The position numbers and the translations under genes are program-made. Shown here piece after piece: positions 38,195 to 47,646 of a stretch of 64,000 nt of DNA (positions are counted from its first letter, which is position 1; each line of letters starts with the position of its first letter). Source of the stretch: an uncultured Clostridia bacterium (GTDB taxonomy: Bacteria > Bacillota > Clostridia > HGM11514); the NCBI GenBank assembly GCA_934464705.1, contig CAKSKB010000013.1, positions 139 to 64,138 of the forward strand, written 5' to 3'. The notes beneath the pieces were generated by a model. It saw nothing but the letters and a program-made list of their open reading frames with translations, did not search any database and was not told the origin of the DNA.

Positions 38195-39124
38195 ATGACG
38201 GTTAAAGAAAATATTCTTAGGATTCTGATGAATTCAAAGGGAGCAGTATCGGGAGAAGCTTTGGCGAAAGAGTGCGGAGTTTCGAGAAATGCCGTGTGGA
38301 AAGCGATTAATTCGCTTAAGGACGATGGGTACGGGATATCCGGTGTAAATAAAATCGGTTACAGTTTTGCCGGTGGCGATGTTCTGTCGGCGGCGGAGCT
38401 TAAATGCCTTCTCGGTGACAGAATGATTGAGGTTTATGATTCTATCGGTTCAACCAACACAAGGGCTAAAGAGCTGGCGGCTCTCGGTGCGCCGGACGGA
38501 AGTTTGGTTGCGGCAAGCGGGCAAACACAGGGACGGGGGAGGTTTAACCGTCCGTTTGTGAGCAAAAACGGCACCGGATTATATATGAGTCTTATTTTAA
38601 GACCTGATATTCCGATGTCCGAATGCATGAAACTGACCGCATATGCTGCGGTTGCGGCTTCGGACGCACTTGAAAGCTTTGGTGTAGATGATGTTAAAAT
38701 CAAGTGGGTAAACGACCTTTATCTGAACGGCAAAAAAATATGCGGTATTCTGACAGAAGGCTCTGCGGATTTTGAAAGCGGCGGTCTTGAATATGCGGTT
38801 GTCGGGATTGGCATAAATTTGGGTGAAATTGAGTTTTCTGACGAACTTAAGGATAAAGCGACATCTGTTTATAATGAAACGGGAATTAAAATTCCGAGGT
38901 GTGCCCTGGCGGCGGAAATCATAAAACGAATTGAAAATGCCAAACCTGATTACATGGAAAAATACCGAGGCAGGTCGTGTGTAATCGGTAAACATGTAAA
39001 GGTCAGCAACGGTATCGACAGCTTTGAAGGGCTGATAACAGATATTGATAAAAACGGTTTTCTGATTGTTGAAAGGAACGGCGCTGAAGTCAGCGTGAAC
39101 GCAGGGGAGGTTATTATGAAATGA
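38195..39124 (+). CDS. birA: bifunctional biotin--[acetyl-CoA-carboxylase] ligase / transcriptional repressor
   Basis: N-terminal HTH GEALAKECGVSRNAVWKAI, catalytic GRGRFNRPFVS, and a C-terminal SH3-like domain. Confidence 0.85.
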   Translation: MTVKENILRILMNSKGAVSGEALAKECGVSRNAVWKAINSLKDDGYGISGVNKIGYSFAGGDVLSAAELKCLLGDRMIEVYDSIGSTNTRAKELAALGAPDGSLVAASGQTQGRGRFNRPFVSKNGTGLYMSLILRPDIPMSECMKLTAYAAVAASDALESFGVDDVKIKWVNDLYLNGKKICGILTEGSADFESGGLEYAVVGIGINLGEIEFSDELKDKATSVYNETGIKIPRCALAAEIIKRIENAKPDYMEKYRGRSCVIGKHVKVSNGIDSFEGLITDIDKNGFLIVERNGAEVSVNAGEVIMK

Positions 39125-39645
39125 AATTAAATGTGAAAAACATGACAAGAATTGCAGTGATAAGTGCGGTTTTGTGTGTTATATCACCGTTTACGATCCC
39201 GATTGGTCCGATACCGCTTTCGCTTGCGACCCTTGGAGTATACATAGCTTCGGCAATTCTTGAACCGATTTCGGCAACTGTATCTGTCGGTATTTATATT
39301 CTTCTGGGGGCGTTCGGGCTTCCGGTATTTTCGGGCGTAAGAGGCGGTTTTTCGGTTATTGCAGGGCCTACGGGCGGATACATAATAGGGTATATTATTT
39401 GCGCAGCGGCAGCTTCATATCTTTTGCACAAATTTCCCAAAAAAGCGCTTGCGCCGATTTGGTATGTTATTTCAACCGCTGTATTGTATCTTTTCGGTAC
39501 ACTTTGGTATATGGCGGTGACGGAAACCCATTTTTCGGCAGCGGTTTCCGTCTGTGTCGTTCCATTTCTCGCAGGCGATGCAATAAAAATTGCTGCGGCA
39601 ATGCTGTTCTCAAGCAAGCTCAGCCGCATCGCACAACGGCTTTAA
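39121..39645 (+). CDS. bioY: biotin transporter BioY
   Basis: 174 aa 5-6 TM S-component of the ECF family. Overlaps the birA stop. Confidence 0.8.
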   Translation: MKLNVKNMTRIAVISAVLCVISPFTIPIGPIPLSLATLGVYIASAILEPISATVSVGIYILLGAFGLPVFSGVRGGFSVIAGPTGGYIIGYIICAAAASYLLHKFPKKALAPIWYVISTAVLYLFGTLWYMAVTETHFSAAVSVCVVPFLAGDAIKIAAAMLFSSKLSRIAQRL

Positions 39646-41175
39646 ATTATTCAGGCTATCCCATAAAAAGGCCTTATATACCGTATTTTCCGTGCGTTTC
39701 CACTCAATCGGAAGAGCTATTGTTTTTTCGTTGGCAGCATCAAAATCAATCGTTTCGATATGAATATCTTTTAAAATGCCGCTCTCGCAGCGCAGCAACA
39801 CAAGCTGTCTTACACCGCTGCCGGCAGCGGCTTTTACTTGATAATCACTTATAAATTCCACATAGTTTTCAATCTTGTTCTTGATTTTTGTAAATGCTTT
39901 TATACGCGGAACTGCGTCAAGCGGCATCCAAGCTCCTCTGTTTGCATATGATTTGCCCGAAGCTTCGTTAAGCGTTATGTATCCGTTTTGAACTTTGGCA
40001 ACTACAGCAAAGTTGGTGCCGTTTTCAATTTTCACGGGCGTGTCAAGCTCTATACAATTGAAGCCTCCGTATTCCAAATTAACAGTCTTTGATGCCGCAG
40101 GTGCGGCATTTTCGGGATTGAAGTCACCCTTGGGGACATCTGTATATATTTCAACGGTGCAAACAGTGTTTTCGCCCGAAATTCCAACGCTGACGGCTTT
40201 AATTTCCTCGGGTTTTTCTGCCGTTCCCTTTTTAGCCTTAAAAATATTGGCTGCATTTGTGATTTTTATCAGACTTCCTATTCCAAAATCCTCAGCCTTT
40301 TCGTCATAAAAATAATTATAGTCATACTTGTCGTCAGGTGCATAGTCAAAAGCATAAATCTGTTCACAGGTGACTTCGTAGGAGATATAAAAATACTGCA
40401 ACGAATTATAGCTGTTTTTAACCAGCCAGCCTCCGTTTAGCTTTGCGCCGCCGGGGATAAAGGTTTCTGCGGGGAGAGTATCGTCCCAACCGATAACCGT
40501 ACATGCGTGCGGCTGTCCGCTTTTGTCATTATTCGGGTTATATCGTTCGGTTTCCCTTGCGTTGTTATACGAAAATGTTACAGCACCGTATTTTACAATG
40601 GCGCGTTTCATCTTTTCTCTTGCTTCTGCGCTTTCGGCAAGCTTGCTGCCGTTTATCGCAACGGCGCTTTCAAGCTTGTATGCAGCATTCTCCCAACCGT
40701 TTACGTCATGCGGCAAGTCCTTGCCGACAGGTCCGCACCAGGTCGACAGCAGCCCTGCGGCATATTTGGTTCCGCTGCCGGCATATGCCCATTCGTCGGC
40801 TTGCGCAGTTATTTCTCCTTTGGTATTGCCAAGAGGGTCAGAGCCTCGGTTGTGTCTCGCATAACCAATCTGCTGCGGCGATAAAAATACGCTTTTGGCC
40901 GTCGCTGTTGGATCAATACCTTTTCTGAGTATGGATGTTTCGGAGGCGCTTGCCGTTGAATAAGCCCAGCACAGCGAGGTGTTTCCTTGATCTTTCACCG
41001 GCGTTACAATACCGTATTCGCGGCTGTCGAACCTTGGCTGTGCCGCAAGTGTTTCAATATCGGCATTTCGTAAGTCGTCAGGCGTTTTTGCGTTGTCTGC
41101 ATATGCGGTAGTCTGTACAAAGAGCATTGATATCAACAAAGCACCCGAAAATATACGTATAAAATTAGCTTTCAT
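39610..41175 (-). CDS. secreted papain-like (C1 family) cysteine peptidase with C-terminal beta-sandwich domains
   Basis: Signal peptide MKANFIRIFSGALLISMLFVQTTAYA and the catalytic QGNTSLCWAYS motif. Its 3' end overlaps bioY by 36 nt (convergent). Confidence 0.65.
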   Translation of the reverse strand: MKANFIRIFSGALLISMLFVQTTAYADNAKTPDDLRNADIETLAAQPRFDSREYGIVTPVKDQGNTSLCWAYSTASASETSILRKGIDPTATAKSVFLSPQQIGYARHNRGSDPLGNTKGEITAQADEWAYAGSGTKYAAGLLSTWCGPVGKDLPHDVNGWENAAYKLESAVAINGSKLAESAEAREKMKRAIVKYGAVTFSYNNARETERYNPNNDKSGQPHACTVIGWDDTLPAETFIPGGAKLNGGWLVKNSYNSLQYFYISYEVTCEQIYAFDYAPDDKYDYNYFYDEKAEDFGIGSLIKITNAANIFKAKKGTAEKPEEIKAVSVGISGENTVCTVEIYTDVPKGDFNPENAAPAASKTVNLEYGGFNCIELDTPVKIENGTNFAVVAKVQNGYITLNEASGKSYANRGAWMPLDAVPRIKAFTKIKNKIENYVEFISDYQVKAAAGSGVRQLVLLRCESGILKDIHIETIDFDAANEKTIALPIEWKRTENTVYKAFLWDSLNNLKPLCDAAELA

Positions 41176-41449
41176 CAGACGATATCCTTTCCGTGTAGTT
41201 TGTTTTATCTGAATTTGTTTCCGTTTCATAAAGCTCAAATCTGTATTTTTGTTCGGCATCAGGATACTTCTCATGGTCAACCTCTTCTAAAAACATATCA
41301 ATGGGTCGTATCCATAACCTTCTATCGCCATACATTTGTCTGTACACCACATAGGTTTCACCGGTTTCCGAATGCTTTGCAACATCCTCCGCTCGATATA
41401 AATTACCTTTAAAATGCCTGTAAACGGCGCCGATTTCCAATTTTCTCAT
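41165..41449 (-). CDS. DUF1653 domain protein
   Basis: 94 aa whose N-terminus AVYRHFKGNLYRAEDVAKHSETGETYVVYR matches DUF1653. Confidence 0.55.
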   Translation of the reverse strand: MRKLEIGAVYRHFKGNLYRAEDVAKHSETGETYVVYRQMYGDRRLWIRPIDMFLEEVDHEKYPDAEQKYRFELYETETNSDKTNYTERISSDES

Positions 41450-41571
41450 AATAATTTCACCTCATCTGTACAGATTTCATTGCTTCAAGAGCACTCCGCT
41501 GATTAAATCATTCATCATATCTGCAACAATTAAATATTTTATGGTTCATTCTGTGGGGTTGGGAAATAATT

Positions 41572-42720
41572 TCAGCCAACATAGCCCGTTTCGTTAATAA
41601 TATTTTTTCCTTCGTCCGACAATATCCATTCAAGCAATTTATGCACATTGTCGTTCTGATTTTCCTTGTAAGTAACGGCATAAATCGGTGTCAAAATCGG
41701 GTAACTTCCGTTCCTGATGTTATCGGCTGTCGGGGCTGCGCCGTCAATAGAAATCATTTTTATATTCGGGTTCTTAATTATACCCTCGACATAGTATCTG
41801 AAGGAAAAGCCTATTGAATTTGTTTTGCTTTTATAATCTGCCACCTGCTCTATAATACCGGACATTAAATTCGTTACCTTTTCTGTGGGCGCTTCCATAA
41901 TCGGCGTATCGCCCATAAACCGCTTCAGCATACTCTGGCTGCCGCTGCCCTCATTGCGCTGAAATGCTGCAATTTTTTCGTTTTTACCACCGACTTCTTT
42001 CCAATTTGTGATTTTGCCGGAGTAAATATCTTTAATCTGTTCGGTTGTAAGATTTGTAACGGGGTTGTCTTTATGGACGAAGAAAACAAACGCCTCCGTT
42101 CCGATAGGGGAGTATTCAAACGTTGTATGGTTTTCCTCGGCGTATTTCTTTTGTTCATCCGACGGATATACGCCAATAAAAATATCAGTTTGTTTTTCCG
42201 CTAAAAGTCGGTAACCTTCGGGTGTGTTGTTGTATACAAATGCCCCGTCGTTCAGTTTTGTCGTGTTCGGATAAACGGCGTTTACAAATGCCGAATACAC
42301 CGGGAACAATGCCGCCGCACCGTCAATTCTCGGCAGATTTTCGGTAAGCTTTAATGTTTTGCTGTCAGTCTTTACGATTTTTGAATTTTCCTCAAAAGGC
42401 AAATATTCGTGAACGTTGATGTTCGGGGAGGTGTTGACGGTAATACTTTCGTTATACTTGACTATTGCGTAGTCTGTGCCGATTGCAACTGCGTAAACAA
42501 CGGCGCAGATACACCAGATTATTAAGAATTTTTTCCTCTTTTTAAGCCAGATTAACGGCAGCAGCAGAGACGGCAGAATAGCAACACCGATATATGCTAT
42601 AATATGATTTATGCCGCTTGCAAGCAATATGAAAGCAGTTAAAACCGCAGCACACCAGCTGAGGAATAAAACCGCTGCCGTAAGTACAATTTTTACCAGC
42701 ACAATTGTTGCTTTATTCAT
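41572..42720 (-). CDS. PstS-like phosphate-binding domain fused to N-terminal polytopic membrane region
   Basis: About 3-4 N-terminal TM helices followed by a type-2 PBP fold (TEAFVFFVHKDNPVTNLTTEQIKDIYSGKITNWKEVGG). No pstCAB genes lie nearby. Confidence 0.6.
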   Translation of the reverse strand: MNKATIVLVKIVLTAAVLFLSWCAAVLTAFILLASGINHIIAYIGVAILPSLLLPLIWLKKRKKFLIIWCICAVVYAVAIGTDYAIVKYNESITVNTSPNINVHEYLPFEENSKIVKTDSKTLKLTENLPRIDGAAALFPVYSAFVNAVYPNTTKLNDGAFVYNNTPEGYRLLAEKQTDIFIGVYPSDEQKKYAEENHTTFEYSPIGTEAFVFFVHKDNPVTNLTTEQIKDIYSGKITNWKEVGGKNEKIAAFQRNEGSGSQSMLKRFMGDTPIMEAPTEKVTNLMSGIIEQVADYKSKTNSIGFSFRYYVEGIIKNPNIKMISIDGAAPTADNIRNGSYPILTPIYAVTYKENQNDNVHKLLEWILSDEGKNIINETGYVG

Positions 42721-43113
42721 CGTTTTTGCTCCTTTCTGTACACGGAGGTAGTATTACGGGAAACAAAAAAGCACGCACACTTTTAAAACATCAAAAGCGA
42801 ACGCGCCTCAAAACAGCTGCTGAAACGGTAATAAAAAACGGCAGACCTATACCTGTGTAGGTGAAAAAAGATTTTATACGGAACGGTCAGCATTTTCATA
42901 TCGCCTCAAGTCCTTTCCCAAAAGTATCATACCTTATTGTAACATATATTTAAGTGTTCGTCAACCATTATCCGCAAAAAAGCCGTATCAAAGGAAATTA
43001 ACCTAAGATACGGCATTATGCACTGCATTCCGAAAATATCCGACGGAACACCTTATAGGGTTTACAGATCCGCGGTTTTTATAATCTTCGGTGCGGTTAT
43101 TTTGAGATTAAAA

Positions 43114-44127
43114 CTATTTGAGTTCTGCGAAGTACTTGATTGTTCTAACCATCTGGCTGGTGTATGAGTTTTCGTTATCATACCAGGAAACAACCTGTAC
43201 AAGGCTTGTTCCGTCTCCGTTGTCAACAACCATTGTCTGTGTTGAATCGAAGAGAGAACCGAATCTCATTCCTACGATATCGGAAGAAACGATTTCGTCC
43301 TCATTGTATCCGTAGGATTCGTTTGCAGCAGCCTTCATAGCAGCGTTGATGCCGTCAACCGTAGCTGCGCCTTCAACTGTTGCGATAAGGATTGTTGTGG
43401 AACCGGTAGGTGTGGGAACACGCTGTGCGGAACCGATGAGCTTACCGTTAAGCTCAGGAATTACAAGACCGATTGCCTTTGCAGCACCTGTGGAGTTAGG
43501 AACGATGTTAACCGCTGCTGCACGCGAACGGCGGAGGTCACCCTTTCTCTGAGGACCGTCAAGAGTCATCTGGTCGCCTGTGTAAGCGTGAATTGTGCTC
43601 ATGATACCGCTCTTGATGGGCATATAGTCGTTAAGAGCCTTTGCCATAGGTGCAAGGCAGTTTGTTGTGCAGGATGCAGCGGAAATAACTGTATCCGATG
43701 CCTTAAGAGTGTCATGGTTTACATTGTAAACGATTGTGGGAAGGTCTTTTCCTGCGGGAGCGGAAATTACAACCTTCTTAGCGCCTGCTTCGATATGAGC
43801 GGAAGCCTTTTCTTTAGATGTATAGAAACCTGTGCATTCAAGAACAACATCTACATCAAGTGCGCCCCAGGGAAGATCCTTAGCGTCCTTTTCTGCATAG
43901 ATTTTGATTGTCTTGCCGTCAACGGTGATGGAATCTTCACCTGCGGAAACTGTGCTTGCGAGAGCATATGTTCCCTGAGAAGAATCGTACTTTAAGAGAT
44001 GTGCAAGCATTTTAGGGCTTGTCAAATCATTGATAGCTACTACTTCGTAACCTTCTGCGCCGAACATCTGTCTGAATGCCAGACGACCGATACGGCCAAA
44101 TCCGTTAATTGCAACTTTTACTGCCAT
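43114..44127 (-). CDS. gap: type I glyceraldehyde-3-phosphate dehydrogenase
   Basis: Rossmann start INGFGRIGR and the catalytic [10 protein letters not shown] motif. Confidence 0.95.
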   Translation of the reverse strand: MAVKVAINGFGRIGRLAFRQMFGAEGYEVVAINDLTSPKMLAHLLKYDSSQGTYALASTVSAGEDSITVDGKTIKIYAEKDAKDLPWGALDVDVVLECTGFYTSKEKASAHIEAGAKKVVISAPAGKDLPTIVYNVNHDTLKASDTVISAASCTTNCLAPMAKALNDYMPIKSGIMSTIHAYTGDQMTLDGPQRKGDLRRSRAAAVNIVPNSTGAAKAIGLVIPELNGKLIGSAQRVPTPTGSTTILIATVEGAATVDGINAAMKAAANESYGYNEDEIVSSDIVGMRFGSLFDSTQTMVVDNGDGTSLVQVVSWYDNENSYTSQMVRTIKYFAELK

Positions 44128-44287
44128 TGGTAATTACCTCCTAAGATATTTAATATAAAAATTATTTTTATATGCTTCTATTTTACATCAAAAACCAAAA
44201 TTTTTCAATAGCGTTTGTTAAAAAATTAACCGAAAATTAAAATTCTGTTACATTTCAACAAAAAAACAACCCTTTATGTTGCTTGTT

Positions 44288-44338
44288 TGTAAAATATTCT
44301 TTCCGAATATTTACAAAATATGCGTTTGGTGTTATAAT
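44288..44338 (+). promoter_or_regulatory. promoter with overlapping palindromic operator upstream of pfkB-family kinase
   Basis: TGTAAAATATTC-tttcc-GAATATTTACA dyad at 44288..44315. Its right arm overlaps a TTTACA -35 element, and TATAAT follows at 44333-44338 after a 17-nt spacer. Confidence 0.45.
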
Positions 44339-44357
44339 TATATTGGAGGTGAGCGGT

Positions 44358-45266
44358 TTGGCTGTTTTAACTGTTACATTGAATCCGTGTATTGATAAAA
44401 CGATTACGGTTGAAAGATTTCAATACGGTGGTCTTAACCGTGCGGAAAGGGTATCCTCGGCTTTGGCGGGAAAGGGAATAAATGTGTCCCGTGTTCTGGA
44501 AGCGTCCGGAATTGAACAGACGGCAACAGGATTTATGGGTGACTGTTTTGAAAAAGCAGATATAAATGCAAGGTTTGTCAGGGCGGCGGGGAGCGTGAGA
44601 ACGAACATCAAGCTTTTTGATGCCGAAAGTCACATTACGACCGAAATAAACGAGAAAGGTTTTGAGGTTTCAGAAGATAAGCTTTCGGAATTCGAGATCC
44701 TTTACGGAGAACTGCTCAATTCATGCAGAATTGCCGTTATATCGGGGAGTATGCCGAAGGGTGTTCCTTCCGGTTTTTATGCAAGATTGATTTCCGCAGC
44801 GCACGAAAAACACATAAAAACCATACTTGACTGCTCCGGGGAACCGTTTGCCCTGGGGCTTGAGGCTATACCCTATGCCGTAAAGCCGAACATTTGCGAG
44901 CTTGAAGAATATTTCGGCGAAGAACTGGATTCCGATGACAAAATAATAAGCGCCGCACAAAGGCTTTGCGCTATCGGCATAAGGCTTGCGGCGGTTTCAA
45001 TGGGGAGCGGCGGAGCGGTTTTTTGCAGCGGCGGCGAGGTTATTCGTGTAAAGCCATTTGAGGCGGACATAAAAAGCACGGTCGGTGCTGGAGATTCGAT
45101 GGTTGCCGCAATTGCGTACTGTATAAACAGCGGGTTTGACCTTTATCATACCGCTACGCTTGCGACCGCAATGGGTACGCTTACCGCCACTCTTGAGGGA
45201 ACGGCATTTACAAGCATAGCCGAAGCCGAAAAGATGAGAAGCCGTCTTATATGTGATATTTTATAA
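44358..45266 (+). CDS. 1-phosphofructokinase / tagatose-6-phosphate kinase (PfkB family)
   Basis: LAVLTVTLNPCIDKT N-terminus and the C-terminal GAGDSMVAA anion hole. TTG start preceded by the RBS GGAGGTGAG. Confidence 0.75.
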   Translation: MAVLTVTLNPCIDKTITVERFQYGGLNRAERVSSALAGKGINVSRVLEASGIEQTATGFMGDCFEKADINARFVRAAGSVRTNIKLFDAESHITTEINEKGFEVSEDKLSEFEILYGELLNSCRIAVISGSMPKGVPSGFYARLISAAHEKHIKTILDCSGEPFALGLEAIPYAVKPNICELEEYFGEELDSDDKIISAAQRLCAIGIRLAAVSMGSGGAVFCSGGEVIRVKPFEADIKSTVGAGDSMVAAIAYCINSGFDLYHTATLATAMGTLTATLEGTAFTSIAEAEKMRSRLICDIL

Positions 45267-45279
45267 GGAAGTGATTTTT

Positions 45280-46050
45280 ATGAAAGGTGATTGGAATTCA
45301 AAGCAATATATGAAATTCGGAAACGAAAGAACGCAGCCGTCGGTTGATTTGATAAACCGAATCGGGATTGAAGCAAAAAATGTTTTGGACATCGGCTGCG
45401 GTCCGGGCAACAGCACGAATGCGCTTGCGGAAAGGTTTCCGGGGGCGGAAGTAACGGGCGTCGATTCGTCCGATGACATGCTTGCAAGCGCAAGAAAAAA
45501 ATATCCGGAGCTGACATTCAAAAAATGCACTGTACCGGACGGGCTTGATATGGAGGACGAGTCCTTGGATTTGATTTTTTCAAATGCCTGTCTGCACTGG
45601 ATTCCGCAGCATGAAAAGCTTTTGCCGGCGCTTATGAAAAAGCTTAAACCCGGCGGTTGGCTTGCGGTGCAGATTCCGCTTACCGATGAGGCGGAGTTTT
45701 ACAGGCTGCTTTACCGCACTCTTGATGAGAAAAGGTGGGAAAAGATAAGAAATATCAAGAATTTTCACAGCCTTACACCCGAAAAGTATTATGATTTGCT
45801 TTCCGGAATATCTTCTGTTTTCGATATGTGGCAGACGGTATATTACCACACAGCAGAAGATTTTACCGGTGTGCTTGACTGGTACAGGGGCAGCGGCTTA
45901 AGACCGTATCTTGAGGCGCTTTCGGAAGACGGTCAAAAAGAGCTTTGCGCGGAACTGCTTGAAAAGATTCCGAAGCATTATTATACTGCCGCAAACGGTA
46001 AAGTTATACTCAAAATGCCGAGATTGTTTTTTGTTGCCGAGAGAGATTAA
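45280..46050 (+). CDS. class I SAM-dependent methyltransferase (trans-aconitate methyltransferase-like)
   Basis: VLDIGCGPGNST motif I. The N-terminus W..K.Y..F...R is Tam-like. Confidence 0.7.
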   Translation: MKGDWNSKQYMKFGNERTQPSVDLINRIGIEAKNVLDIGCGPGNSTNALAERFPGAEVTGVDSSDDMLASARKKYPELTFKKCTVPDGLDMEDESLDLIFSNACLHWIPQHEKLLPALMKKLKPGGWLAVQIPLTDEAEFYRLLYRTLDEKRWEKIRNIKNFHSLTPEKYYDLLSGISSVFDMWQTVYYHTAEDFTGVLDWYRGSGLRPYLEALSEDGQKELCAELLEKIPKHYYTAANGKVILKMPRLFFVAERD

Positions 46051-46306
46051 AACTCTCTCTCAGACTGTCGAAAAAGTCCAGATAATACTGGGCATTTTCT
46101 TTGTTTTGTGGTATAATATTGATATTTGAGATATATTCCTTGCCGTTCGATTTATAGCGTGTTTCGCCTTCATATTTTATCACCAAAGCCCATAACGGTC
46201 TTTTTTTTCGTTTTGAGCCTGTGCCTTTTTCTGTATACATTGTCGAAACAGAATGTATTTTTGTTATAATCAAGTTTGATAAAATTTCTTTATTCAACTC
46301 AAACAC
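46010..46306 (-). other. 98-aa ORF, possible gene fragment (AraC-type cupin-like?)
   Basis: Open frame with weak resemblance to an AraC N-terminal cupin and no HTH. It overlaps the 3' end of the methyltransferase gene and may be spurious. Confidence 0.2.
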
Positions 46307-46515
46307 TCCTTTGATTAAATTGTAGCATACTGCTTTATCTTTGTCAAATATTTTGTATCAGAAATGATAAAAATACCACTTTTGATATTTACTTATCATG
46401 CGTTTTGTGGTTTAATTTTTGCAGAGGTGACTAACTATAAAAAGTCAAGAGTTTTTTAAAAAGTTTTTCAAAATTTTTTAAGAAACTAAAAAAGTGCATG
46501 GCAAATAAGCCTTAG

Positions 46516-46644
46516 CTTGAAAGCGGTGAAATAAAGCCGTCTGTATATAAGGTTTTGCCTATCGAAAATGCGGCGGAAGCTCATGAAATTCTGGAAAATG
46601 GCGAGAATGTGGGAAAGGTAGTATTAAGAGTTTGCGAAGATTAA
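46516..46644 (+). pseudogene. C-terminal remnant of zinc-dependent alcohol dehydrogenase / quinone oxidoreductase (MDR family)
   Basis: In-frame translation LESGEIKPSVYKVLPIENAAEAHEILENGENVGKVVLRVCED* is the canonical MDR C-terminal tail. Nothing upstream of it encodes the rest of the enzyme. Confidence 0.55.
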
Positions 46645-46708
46645 AGACAGACGGGAATGCACTTGCAAGCACGCTTCTTCCGCAGCCGAAGAATATTTTG
46701 GATAACAA

Positions 46709-46748
46709 GAACTCAGTGTGATAAAAATCACACTGAGTTCTTGTATTA
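46709..46748. terminator. perfect 14-bp hairpin (bidirectional terminator candidate)
   Basis: GAACTCAGTGTGAT-aaaa-ATCACACTGAGTTC followed by TTGTATTA. It lies between the MDR remnant and the convergent deacetylase gene. Confidence 0.55.
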
Positions 46749-46757
46749 CAGCACAAT

Positions 46758-47546
46758 CTAAGCGACAAGGTTTTGCAGCGGCTTTATTTCGTAGCCCATT
46801 TCCTCCCATTTTGTGAGAAGGCCGTCAAGAATCTCGGCATTTGTTGACGATGTGCTGTGCAGAAGCACAATCGCTCCGTTATGTATTCTTGATGTGAGTT
46901 TTTGCATGGCTTCTTCCTTTGACGGCTGGCTGTCTTGGTTCCAGTCAACATATGCAAGACTCCAGAAAAATGTTTTGTAGCCGAGTTCCTGTGCCATTTT
47001 CAGGTTGTTTTCGCTGTATTTTCCCTGCGGCGGACGGTAAAACTTCGTCATGTCGCAGCCGGTAACCTTTTTATATTCTTCTTCGAGAGATTTAATTTCC
47101 TTTTCAAATGCTGACTTTTCCGAAATCGATGACATATCCGGATGATGATATGTGTGATTGCCTACGGTGTGTCCTTCGTCATTCATACGCTTTACAAGGT
47201 CGGGCGCCGATGTGATATAGTTTCCGACAACAAAAAAAGTCGCTTTGACATTGTGCTTTTTGAGTGCGTCCAGAATCGCCGGGGTGTTGCCGTTTTCGTA
47301 GCCTGCGTCAAATGTGAGGTAAATTGTGTTTTTGGAAGTATCGCCTATATAATATGTATCGTATTTTTTGAGATTTTCAGAGGTATCGTTTCCTTTCGGC
47401 GGCGCATTTTCCTCCGAAAAACTAAGCCCCCAGTCGGTGTTTGCAACGGTTACGCTTTTGAAACCCGCCGTTATAATTCCGGCTGCAACCGCCAGCGCAA
47501 GCGCAAGCAGCGGTATTGCTTTTTTTGCCCTGATTGCTAAAATCAT
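46758..47546 (-). CDS. polysaccharide deacetylase (NodB domain, PdaA/PdaB-like)
   Basis: Signal/TM segment IPLLALALAVAAGII, the NodB motifs TFDAGYENGNT and HTVGNHTYHHP, and the RBS GGAGGAAAAG. Confidence 0.75.
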   Translation of the reverse strand: MILAIRAKKAIPLLALALAVAAGIITAGFKSVTVANTDWGLSFSEENAPPKGNDTSENLKKYDTYYIGDTSKNTIYLTFDAGYENGNTPAILDALKKHNVKATFFVVGNYITSAPDLVKRMNDEGHTVGNHTYHHPDMSSISEKSAFEKEIKSLEEEYKKVTGCDMTKFYRPPQGKYSENNLKMAQELGYKTFFWSLAYVDWNQDSQPSKEEAMQKLTSRIHNGAIVLLHSTSSTNAEILDGLLTKWEEMGYEIKPLQNLVA

Positions 47547-47646
47547 AACTTTTCCTCCAATTTTTAATGTTATTGTAAAAATAAACAGTTGAAATTTTTG
47601 CGTATTTGTATTATAATAGTATATTATATGTGTCAAGGAGGATGTT

